A stretch of 64,000 nucleotides of DNA from assembly GCA_938084885.1 (NCBI GenBank), contig CALKGG010000023.1, positions 35,065 through 99,064 of the forward strand, in the 5' to 3' direction. The notes below the pieces were generated by a model that worked only from the letters and a program-made list of their open reading frames with translations, made no database searches and was not told the origin of the DNA. This DNA comes from an uncultured Acidimicrobiales bacterium. Lineage in GTDB: Bacteria; Actinomycetota; Acidimicrobiia; Acidimicrobiales; SHLQ01. This document shows, piece by piece, positions 28,749 to 36,720 of this stretch. The position numbers and the translations under genes are program-made. How positions within the stretch are numbered: the first letter of the stretch is position 1; each line of letters opens with the position of its first letter.

Positions 28749-29261
28749 TTAGGCAGCTTGGCTGTTTTGACTGTGGTCCTCGCCTGGCAGACGCAGCGCA
28801 GTGCCGTTGTAGGACACTGCTGCCGTCGATGACGCAGGCTCCTCTGGTGGGACCCACGAGTTTGGATCGTACGGGTTATCTCCGTATGGCGTGTAGGTCT
28901 TCTCCGACGTGTTGGTGGCGAGGGCGAGGTAGATCGAAAAGATGATGCCTGCCATTGGAGCCAGCAGCGTGAGCGTGCCAGCGAGACCACGATCGAGGTC
29001 CTTGAGCCGTCGCGCGGTGTTGATGAAGATCAGGAAGAACACGACGGTGAAGCCAACCGCGAAGACGCCGACCGAGCCGTGTTTATAGGTGACGTGATCA
29101 AAGGACGGTAGCGATCCTTCGGGGGTGTTGAGCGAGAGTTCAAGGACAAACCGAAACAGTGCGTACATGGCGGCGCCCAGCACGATTTGAACCGCGGCGT
29201 ATTCCAGCCGTCCCGCTTTGTACACCGTGGTGAAAAATCGCATACCCCGTTCATCGAACAT
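28749..29261 (-). CDS. DUF805-like small membrane protein
   Basis: 170 aa, 3-4 TM. ARRLKDLDRGLAG resembles the DUF805 RRLHD motif. Pro/Tyr-rich C-terminal tail. Confidence 0.45.
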   Translation of the reverse strand: MFDERGMRFFTTVYKAGRLEYAAVQIVLGAAMYALFRFVLELSLNTPEGSLPSFDHVTYKHGSVGVFAVGFTVVFFLIFINTARRLKDLDRGLAGTLTLLAPMAGIIFSIYLALATNTSEKTYTPYGDNPYDPNSWVPPEEPASSTAAVSYNGTALRLPGEDHSQNSQAA

Positions 29262-29327
29262 CGGCGGGCCGAGGTTGAGGCGACAGTACCGATTTAGCCC
29301 ATTCGGCCTACGTTGACTTCTTGCGCG

Positions 29328-29924
29328 TTAGAACGTGCTGCGACGTGCGAGCTCGTTGGCCAAATCGTCGAAGAGCGTAACGGTGAAGAGCAGGCCAACG
29401 ATTGCGAACAGTACGAAGCCCGTGCCGACGATGAACCGGTTGGACGTCTTGTCCTTGAACTCAGGAAATGCCACTCCAGCAGCGGCGACGAGAATAAAGG
29501 GCAGGAAGAGTCCGGCGAGAAAGGCGACCGTTCCGCCGATGTGGGCAAATGGTTCGCTGCGTGCGCCGTTGATTACATCACCAAGGTGTGGCCCAACACA
29601 AGGAATCCATGCCCAGGCACCGGCGAATCCGGCAATGCCTGCCGCGAGACCGTCGGTGACGGCGTGATCTTTGCGCCATATGAGTCCGGCAGCGGCGAGG
29701 ATTGCAATACCGAGGCCAATCTGGGTGATGCCTTCCACCTCGCCGAGAGGCCAGAAACCGCCGAAGCGCAGCCACGCCACCAACATGGCGACAGCGGAGA
29801 AGACAGCGGTGACGAGCACGGCTCGGCGTCGCCCGCCGAGCGCGACCGCGGTACCCGGAATGACGACCAGCCAGCTACATGGCAGTCGAAGGCTTTCGGT
29901 GCCTTCGAACAACAGGTCGATCAT
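29328..29924 (-). CDS. ccdA: Cytochrome c biogenesis protein CcdA / DsbD-like thiol-disulfide transporter
   Basis: 198 aa polytopic protein with two PC motifs (LRLPCSW, WIPCVGP). ATGA overlap with the upstream redoxin gene. Confidence 0.7.
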   Translation of the reverse strand: MIDLLFEGTESLRLPCSWLVVIPGTAVALGGRRRAVLVTAVFSAVAMLVAWLRFGGFWPLGEVEGITQIGLGIAILAAAGLIWRKDHAVTDGLAAGIAGFAGAWAWIPCVGPHLGDVINGARSEPFAHIGGTVAFLAGLFLPFILVAAAGVAFPEFKDKTSNRFIVGTGFVLFAIVGLLFTVTLFDDLANELARRSTF

Positions 29925-30610
29925 GAGGCGGTGGTGGGCTCTGGTGGGTTGGCGAGGAGATAACGGACCGTGTCGCCGAGTTCTTCGTAGTCGCCTTCAC
30001 CAATGTGATCGAATCGGATGTCACCGTTTTGATCGACGACGTAGGTGCGGGGCCAGAACCGGCGGCCGCCCTCTTGCCACGCCCGGAAGTTTTCCTTCTC
30101 GGTGTCGAGCGCAACAGGCCAGGTCACGCCAAGGTCGACCATTGCTCGTTCGATGCTCGGAATGTCCTTTTCGAAGTCGAACTCCGCGGCATGGACGCCG
30201 ATGATCTCAAAGTTCTCGTCTTGGAGCTCGGCGTAGAGCGCTTGGGTGTGCGGGATGCGGTTCTGGCAGTTGAAGCAACCGAACGTCCACATCTCGACAA
30301 TCAGCACCTGACCGTCGAAGTCGGAGAGTTCGTCGTTGTCGGTGTTGCGCCAGCCGTCGAGGTTCACGAGGTCGAGGCGTGGACCGTAGTTCTCGGGTTC
30401 CGGAAACGCCTCGACGGCTTCGGTGGTCGTCGTTGCCTCTGGAGCGTCACCGACGGCACCTTCGGCCGGTGCGGTTTGGGCCAACGCGGCCTCGGTATCA
30501 GCGCTCGCGACGACGTCTGTATCTGCGTCGTCTGATGAGCCCAGTCCGACGACTGCGAGAATACCGACGCCAACGAACAGAATGATTCCAGCAAATATCC
30601 GAGAGGCCAT
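29921..30610 (-). CDS. Membrane-anchored thioredoxin-like (TlpA/ResA-type redoxin) protein
   Basis: 229 aa. N-terminal TM, acidic linker, and a thioredoxin fold with WTFGCFNCQ (CxxC). Confidence 0.8.
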   Translation of the reverse strand: MASRIFAGIILFVGVGILAVVGLGSSDDADTDVVASADTEAALAQTAPAEGAVGDAPEATTTTEAVEAFPEPENYGPRLDLVNLDGWRNTDNDELSDFDGQVLIVEMWTFGCFNCQNRIPHTQALYAELQDENFEIIGVHAAEFDFEKDIPSIERAMVDLGVTWPVALDTEKENFRAWQEGGRRFWPRTYVVDQNGDIRFDHIGEGDYEELGDTVRYLLANPPEPTTAS

Positions 30611-30744
30611 CAGCTAATGGTAAGCAACGAAGTTTGACTTTGACTGTCTCTTACCAAGCATTGAAGAACCCTTCCGTAGTTGTTCACCGCTGTTGGCCAA
30701 TGGGTGGTTCGCCCGAAACGTGGCGAAACCGCTAGCGTCGTCTC

Positions 30745-31308
30745 GTGATCTTGAGCGATAGAACCATCCGCGAACACCTGGCTGCTGGCACCATCACGAT
30801 CGACCCCATCGACGACACCGCCGTGCAGCCATCGTCGGTCGACGTACGGCTCGATCATCGCTTTCTCGTGTTTCGGAATCACACCCGCGGGCTCATCGAT
30901 GTCAAACAGGACCTCTCGGACCTCACCGAAGCTGTCGAGGCGTCTGACGAGGACCCGTTCATCTTGCATCCAGGCGAATTTGTGCTTGGCTCGACGCTCG
31001 AACGCCTTGCGCTTCCCGACGATCTCGTCGCCCGGCTTGAAGGCAAGTCGAGCCTCGGGCGGCTGGGACTGCTCATTCACTCGACAGCAGGATTTGTCGA
31101 TGCTGGTTGGGATGGGCAGATAACGCTCGAATTGTCGAACGTGGCGAGCCTGCCGATCACGCTGTACCCGGGGATGAAAGTCGGCCAGGTTAGCTTTATG
31201 CAGATGACGACCGTGGCAGATAACCCGTACGGGTCGGGGATTATTGGGTCGAAGTATCAGGGTCAGATCGGTCCTCGCCCAAGCCAGTACTGGAAGAACT
31301 TCGAGTGA
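30745..31308 (+). CDS. dcd: dCTP deaminase
   Basis: 187 aa. (M)ILSDRTIRE..IDPID..VQPSSVDVRL is a near-canonical Dcd N-terminus. GTG start. Confidence 0.92.
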   Translation: MILSDRTIREHLAAGTITIDPIDDTAVQPSSVDVRLDHRFLVFRNHTRGLIDVKQDLSDLTEAVEASDEDPFILHPGEFVLGSTLERLALPDDLVARLEGKSSLGRLGLLIHSTAGFVDAGWDGQITLELSNVASLPITLYPGMKVGQVSFMQMTTVADNPYGSGIIGSKYQGQIGPRPSQYWKNFE

Positions 31309-32540
31309 CCTCTCGCCGAATTTCCCCGGCCAAGGTCTTTGTTCGGGGGTTCGGTTTCAGCGAAGGTCTCGAATGGGGGGTGTGGCTCGCGCTCACGGTC
31401 TTTTGGATTGTTGAGCTCGACCTTTCTCCGGCGCGGCTGGTCTTTCTGGCGATCGCCCTCGAAACGACGGCCTTGCTTTCAGAGACCCCGACCGGCGTCG
31501 TTGCAGACCTCTACTCTCGGCGTCGATCGCTCATCATTGCCCAGCTACTCATGGGGCTCGCCTTGGTGTGGGCGTTCTCGAGCACGAACTATTGGGCGCT
31601 CATGCCCGCGCAGGTGCTCTTCGGATTTGGGTGGACGTTCCGGTCGGGGGCGGACACGGCGTGGGTCACCGACGAGATGCAGGGCTGGGCTTCGGCTAAC
31701 GACGACAACTTTTCTGACGGTGAGGTCGAGAGCATCCTGCTCCAGAAACATCGGGTTGGAATGATGTTCTCGCTTCTGATCGGGCCTGCGACCATTGCTG
31801 CTGGTTGGTTCTGGTCGGTCCGAGGGGCCGGAATCGTGCTCGGCTTGCTCTATGCGGCGATGGCGGGGTGGATGGCGCTCGTCATGACCGAGGAGAATTT
31901 CACCCCCGGGCGCGATCGCGAGGCGGGTTTCCGCCAAACCCTGACCGAAGGGTTTGCTGTTGTGCGTTCGCGCCCTCGTCTCCGAGTCTTGGTGGTCGTT
32001 GCTGTGCTGATGGCGATGGGGTCGGTGACCTTTGATCGCCTTGGTTATGTGCACTTCCTCGACAATCTCGGCGTCGACGAACTGCAAGCCAGTGGACAAT
32101 CGATGCTGGCGATCGGCATCATCTTCTTTGTCGCCGCGCTCGGCGGGATCGCCGTGAGCCTCATCACTCAACGCCAGTTGGATGCTGGACGAGGTGTTGT
32201 GCGCGTCGGCGTTGGGCTGTTCCTCTTCGCAACGATTGGGGGAGCGGTCGCCGCTGCCACCAGCGCAGTGGTGCTGATTGGCTTGGGCATGTTGTTGCAA
32301 GACAGTGTTCGCGAGGCAACGTGGCCAATCATGGAAGCGTGGGCCAATCGAGACGCACCGTCGGAAGTGCGTGCAACCGTGCACTCGATGATCGGCCAAA
32401 CCAGTTCGATCGGCGAGATTGGCGGGGGCGTCTTGTTCGGGGTTATTGCCGAGGCAACGAACGTTCCGGTCGCACTGGCCGGAGCAGCCACGTTCTTTGC
32501 GATGGCAACGGCGGCAGCCCTACAGGGCGTCGACAAATAG
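31305..32540 (+). CDS. MFS transporter
   Basis: 411 aa, 12 predicted TM, with the ADLYSRRRSLI loop motif. GTGA overlap with the dcd stop. Confidence 0.75.
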   Translation: MTSRRISPAKVFVRGFGFSEGLEWGVWLALTVFWIVELDLSPARLVFLAIALETTALLSETPTGVVADLYSRRRSLIIAQLLMGLALVWAFSSTNYWALMPAQVLFGFGWTFRSGADTAWVTDEMQGWASANDDNFSDGEVESILLQKHRVGMMFSLLIGPATIAAGWFWSVRGAGIVLGLLYAAMAGWMALVMTEENFTPGRDREAGFRQTLTEGFAVVRSRPRLRVLVVVAVLMAMGSVTFDRLGYVHFLDNLGVDELQASGQSMLAIGIIFFVAALGGIAVSLITQRQLDAGRGVVRVGVGLFLFATIGGAVAAATSAVVLIGLGMLLQDSVREATWPIMEAWANRDAPSEVRATVHSMIGQTSSIGEIGGGVLFGVIAEATNVPVALAGAATFFAMATAAALQGVDK

Positions 32541-32607
32541 CGAGGTCCGTCGTTCATTGGACATGGCTGGTATGGCAGCGGTCGTGGCAGCCCTTCGCGC
32601 CGACGCG

Positions 32608-35346
32608 TTAGTCCTGGACGGTGGCGTTGTCTGGGGTTTCGTCGGGGATTGGAGGCAATACGGCGGTCTTCTCTGGGCGAGTCGCCGCGAGTTCAGCGGC
32701 TTGGCTCACCCAGTCATCTCGGTCGATCCGGCCAGTGAATGACAAGAAGTCGTCGAGCTGGGCAATGTAGGACGCGGGGAACGCTGCGATCTGTTCGTAC
32801 GTACGAACACCGATTTCGTGCAGCAGCGATTCGAGCTTTGGACCAATGCCCTTGATGACTTTGAGGTCATCGGCTTCGACTGCACGCCACGGCGCATCGT
32901 CGCTTTCGTCGACCTGCGACTCGGCGCTTGCGGAGTCAATGATCTCGGGCTCTGGGTCGGCAATGACCTCGATGTCGTCGCGAACAGCAGGTTCGGCCTC
33001 TTTGGTCTCTTCGACTGCTGTCGCCGCCGGGGTGTGCGTCGGAGCTTCGAGGGTTGCGGTGGTGCTTGTACCCGCAAGTGAGACCGGCGTATCGACCGAC
33101 GCAAACCGAGGAGACAGTGACGCTTGGCGCGCAATCTCGTCACCGTTCTCCAATGCTTCGAGCATGTGGATGGCAATGTCGGCAACCTTGACTTGGTCCT
33201 CATCGACGCCCTGGCCCTTTACGCCATCATCGATCATGACGTAGCAGAACGGACACGCGGTGGCGATGCGGTCGGCGCCGGTCGCGAGAAGCTGTTGGCT
33301 ACGTTCGACGTTGACGTCCTTGCCAACGGTCTCTTCCATCCAGAAGCGACCCCCGCCGGCACCACAGCACATCGACTTTGTGCCGTTGCGTTCGGCTTCG
33401 AGGACCTGCACTCCACCCAGCGAACCAATGACCTTGCGAGGAGCGAGGTAGACGTCGTTGTGGCGACCGAGGTAGCAGGCGTCGTGATAGACAATCCGCT
33501 CCGCGAGCGACGCGTTCGACATGTCGAGGTCGCCGTCCTCGATGAGCTGTTCGAGGAACTCGCTGTGGTGGATGACCTCGTAGTGGCCTCCGAGCTGTGG
33601 GTACTCGTTTGCGAGCGTGTTGAAGCAATGCGGGCACTGGGTGATGATCTTCTTGACGCCCATACCATCGAGGGTCTCGATGTTTTGCATTGCGAGCAGC
33701 TGGAAGATGTATTCATTGCCGGTTCGACGAGCCGAGTCACCTGTGCAGTTCTCGGCCGGACCGAGGATGGCGTAGCTGACGCCCGCACGGTTCATCAACT
33801 TGGACAGGGCCTGGCTGACCTTCTTGTTCTTATCGTCAAACGAACCAGCGCAACCCACCCAGTAGAGGTACTCGGCTTCGAGCGGCTCGTCGCCCGCGAG
33901 AACCGTGACCGAGTCATCGACGACCCAATCGGCGCGGTCGCCCTGGCTGAGCGCCCACGGGTTCATTTGGTTTTCCATGCCCCGATAGGCGTTGCCGAGT
34001 TCGGTTGGGAAGTCGGACTCCATGAGCGAGAGGTAGCGGCGCATGTCGAGAATCTTGTCGAGGATCTCGATGTTGACCGGGCAGATTTCGTCGCACGCTC
34101 GGCACGAGGTGCAGGCCCAGAGCTCTTCGGTGGTGACCCGGTCGAACATCCAGTTCGACGGAACCGTGATCTCGGCGTCGACCGAAATCGGAGGAGAAAC
34201 CTCGGGTGATCCCGTGCGGGCCATGACCTCGCCTGTCTTCAGCACGATCTCACGTGGGTCGAGCGGCTTGCCAGTAGCGTTGGCGGGGCACACGCTGGTG
34301 CAACGGCCACACATGGTGCAGGCGTCGGTGTCGAGCAGTTGCTTCCAGGTGAAGTCTTCGATCGTCGACACACCGAACGACTCGGCTTCGGTTTCGAGAA
34401 GGTTGGGCATGGCCTTCATGGCGCCCTTTGGGCGGTCCTTGTGGCTGAGGTACATGTTGAGCGGCGACGTGAAGATGTGGCGCAACATGGTGATCGGCAG
34501 CAGGATGAGGAAGCCCACGAAGCTCGCAACGTGAGCAAGCCACCAGGCCTGATGCCAGCCGGCGATTGAGCCGGTGCCTTCGATAAGGGTGGCGAACGGG
34601 TAGCCAATGAAGCTCCACCGCTCGTATTCGGGGAGGCCGTCGAGCGCAATGCGATACGCCTCAGCGCCGAACCCGGTCACACCAATGGCAAGGAACGTGC
34701 CCAAGATGACGGCGTGTTCGGGCTTTGACTTGACTCGGATGCGGTAGGGGCGCATCGAACGAGGGCCGTAACGGCGCAGGATCGCCCACACGATCGAGAT
34801 CGTAAAGATGAGGCCGGCAGCGTCGCCGATTGCGGCATAGGCCCGGTAGGTGTTGCCGTGCAGGAACTTGAGCGCCGTGGGCACCTGATGGTCGATCTCA
34901 AGGACGGTGGTGACGCCGAGCAGGACGACGAAACTGAAGTACATCATCGAGTGCATGAGTCCGGCTCCGGGCTCGCGCATGAGGGTCTTCATGTAGACGC
35001 CCGCACGAAAATCCTTGAGTCGGTGCTTTGCGTTGTCAGCGGTCGTTGCTCGGTTGTCGGGCTTTCCTCGCTGCCAGTTCTTCATCCGCAGCGAGAAGAC
35101 CCATGCCCCGTACACGATCATCATGGGCAGCAGCGTGTAGAACGCGAGCTTGATGGGATCGGGAATGTTGCCGAAGACCGTCCGGTGCACCGGGTTGTCG
35201 GTCTTAAAGTTGAATACCTGCGCGGCAACGCCCGAGAGCGCGGTGAAGATTGCGACGGCGATGCCGATGCTCAGCACGAGCTTCTGCGGCGAAAGGCGAG
35301 ATTTCATACGCAGCAATCTACTTGCTGGCACGAGCGAGGTATGCAC
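32608..35346 (-). CDS. Membrane-anchored Fe-S / CCG-domain oxidoreductase (HdrD/GlpC/DsrK-like) with C-terminal HhH (H3TH-like) module
   Basis: 912 aa. About 6 N-terminal TM. Two 4Fe-4S motifs (CTMCGRCTSVCP, CTSCRACDEICP). Two CCG-type Cys-rich domains (WVGCAGSF/QCPHCFNT; CYLGRHN/CCGAGGG/CPFCYVM). An acidic linker is followed by DDLKVIKGIGPKLESLLHEIGVRTYEQIA...GRIDRDDWVSQA. Confidence 0.8.
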   Translation of the reverse strand: MHTSLVPASRLLRMKSRLSPQKLVLSIGIAVAIFTALSGVAAQVFNFKTDNPVHRTVFGNIPDPIKLAFYTLLPMMIVYGAWVFSLRMKNWQRGKPDNRATTADNAKHRLKDFRAGVYMKTLMREPGAGLMHSMMYFSFVVLLGVTTVLEIDHQVPTALKFLHGNTYRAYAAIGDAAGLIFTISIVWAILRRYGPRSMRPYRIRVKSKPEHAVILGTFLAIGVTGFGAEAYRIALDGLPEYERWSFIGYPFATLIEGTGSIAGWHQAWWLAHVASFVGFLILLPITMLRHIFTSPLNMYLSHKDRPKGAMKAMPNLLETEAESFGVSTIEDFTWKQLLDTDACTMCGRCTSVCPANATGKPLDPREIVLKTGEVMARTGSPEVSPPISVDAEITVPSNWMFDRVTTEELWACTSCRACDEICPVNIEILDKILDMRRYLSLMESDFPTELGNAYRGMENQMNPWALSQGDRADWVVDDSVTVLAGDEPLEAEYLYWVGCAGSFDDKNKKVSQALSKLMNRAGVSYAILGPAENCTGDSARRTGNEYIFQLLAMQNIETLDGMGVKKIITQCPHCFNTLANEYPQLGGHYEVIHHSEFLEQLIEDGDLDMSNASLAERIVYHDACYLGRHNDVYLAPRKVIGSLGGVQVLEAERNGTKSMCCGAGGGRFWMEETVGKDVNVERSQQLLATGADRIATACPFCYVMIDDGVKGQGVDEDQVKVADIAIHMLEALENGDEIARQASLSPRFASVDTPVSLAGTSTTATLEAPTHTPAATAVEETKEAEPAVRDDIEVIADPEPEIIDSASAESQVDESDDAPWRAVEADDLKVIKGIGPKLESLLHEIGVRTYEQIAAFPASYIAQLDDFLSFTGRIDRDDWVSQAAELAATRPEKTAVLPPIPDETPDNATVQD

Positions 35347-35385
35347 CGTAGGTCGACGATTTTGGGCGCTCGATGTGCGGGTTGA

Positions 35386-36720
35386 TCAGCCCTGCTCGAG
35401 CACATTCACCACGTTCTCGAGCCCGTGACTCCACGCTTCTTCGGGCGTTTCCAACTCGGCCTGGACCCGTGCGAGCGCGTCGACAAATGCGGTGATCACA
35501 ATATTTCGTTCGCTGTGTGCCACGGCGGTTGCCCGTCCCTCGACGGCGTCAGCCCATATGGCCCCGACGGTTGGCCGACCGGCAAAGAACCCGTCACTGG
35601 CGTCGGCGACAGTGCCATCGTCATATGGTGCGCTGACCGCAGGTAGCGGACCCTGCCCGCTCGCGAACGTGTTTCGTTGCACCACCGGGTTGGTGATGGT
35701 CCATAAGAAATCGAGGGCGATGTCTCGGTGTTCGCTGTTTGCAGCGATTCCAAAGTGCAGTCCGCCCTCGCTCGACGTTCCAGCGTTGATCGCAGCCGAG
35801 TCCGTGGGCAGCGGGATTGCCAGCCACGAGTTGATGCTGTCTGGATGCGATTGGGAAATTCGATTGCGGGTCGACCATTGCGAGATCACGGCGACAAAAT
35901 CGTCGCTAGCAATCTCGGCTCGCCACACCGATTCACCCGGTGTGAGATCTCGAGCAATCGCACCGGCACCGGTCAGCTCGGGGCAGGGATTCGTGCCGAG
36001 TGGGTCTTCGCCGACAGCCAGTAGGGCCAAGTCAAAGGCACGGGCGAGCTCGGCGCTGGTTGTCTCGTCGAGGCGTCCGGCCGTCGTGACCCACGACGAA
36101 CGACTCTGTGACAGCATCGCACGGAGCAGTTCTTCGCCGTCAGCAAAGAAGGCCTTTTCGGTTGCGTGAAAGACGTCGTTGCCAGCTTGGATGACATCGC
36201 ACCAGCTATCGGCGGCATTGAGCGAGCGAATCGTGGATGGATCCACGATGTCGTTGCGCACGAGGAGCACGTGGGCATCGACGTCGACGGGCAGTCCAAT
36301 TAGCTCGCCGTTCGAGCCAATTCCCTCCGTCCAACGCGATGTAAGAAAATCGTCCTCGAGCTGCTCGGCCTCATGTTCACGAAGGTCGATAAAGAGGTCG
36401 GGTCGCGCTCGGGCGTCGGCGCCATATTCGGCGTCGAAGGCAATGATATCGATCGTGGTCGTGGCGCTCGCTTCGGTCCGTAGCCACTCGCGATGGCTTT
36501 CAGCAGAGTCGACCACGACGTCGATCTCGACGGTGGGGTGGTCGCGTTCCCAGCTTGCGATCGCTCCTTCGAACCCTTCGATTCGAGATGTCGCTATTCG
36601 AAGGATGGTCTTGTCGGCGGTTGCATCGGTGAAGGCGAGCGGTTCGGAGCCAAGCGCTCCACACGCTGACGCGGCGAGCCCAAGAAGTACGAAGATGATC
36701 GTGAGGTGTCGCCGTCTCAC
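35386..36720 (-). CDS. Extracellular solute-binding lipoprotein (orphan; no permease or ATPase adjacent)
   Basis: 444 aa. Lipobox LGLAASACG. Length and alternating pattern are typical of family-1 (MalE-like) SBPs. The GTG start overlaps the TGA stop of the upstream sensor (GTGA). Confidence 0.65.
   Translation of the reverse strand: MRRRHLTIIFVLLGLAASACGALGSEPLAFTDATADKTILRIATSRIEGFEGAIASWERDHPTVEIDVVVDSAESHREWLRTEASATTTIDIIAFDAEYGADARARPDLFIDLREHEAEQLEDDFLTSRWTEGIGSNGELIGLPVDVDAHVLLVRNDIVDPSTIRSLNAADSWCDVIQAGNDVFHATEKAFFADGEELLRAMLSQSRSSWVTTAGRLDETTSAELARAFDLALLAVGEDPLGTNPCPELTGAGAIARDLTPGESVWRAEIASDDFVAVISQWSTRNRISQSHPDSINSWLAIPLPTDSAAINAGTSSEGGLHFGIAANSEHRDIALDFLWTITNPVVQRNTFASGQGPLPAVSAPYDDGTVADASDGFFAGRPTVGAIWADAVEGRATAVAHSERNIVITAFVDALARVQAELETPEEAWSHGLENVVNVLEQG

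Noticed and set aside
30610-31080. 156-aa minus-strand ORF overlapping the dcd gene.
   Set aside because: It is antisense to a near-canonical dCTP deaminase and has no motifs of its own.
33124-34209. 361-aa plus-strand ORF antisense to the Fe-S oxidoreductase. A similar case is 37515-38954 (479 aa), antisense to the sensor-phosphodiesterase.
   Set aside because: No motifs and biased composition. The opposite strand encodes well-supported multi-domain proteins.
35347-35388. A single in-frame TGA separates the solute-binding protein ORF from the Fe-S oxidoreductase ORF, with 13 sense codons and no other stop between them.
   Set aside because: Same-frame adjacency happens by chance one time in three, and stop-free 13-codon runs are common in GC-rich DNA. 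Fusing an exported lipoprotein to a polytopic cytoplasm-facing Fe-S enzyme is topologically implausible. No SECIS-like hairpin was evident downstream. It is still worth a formal bSECIS check.
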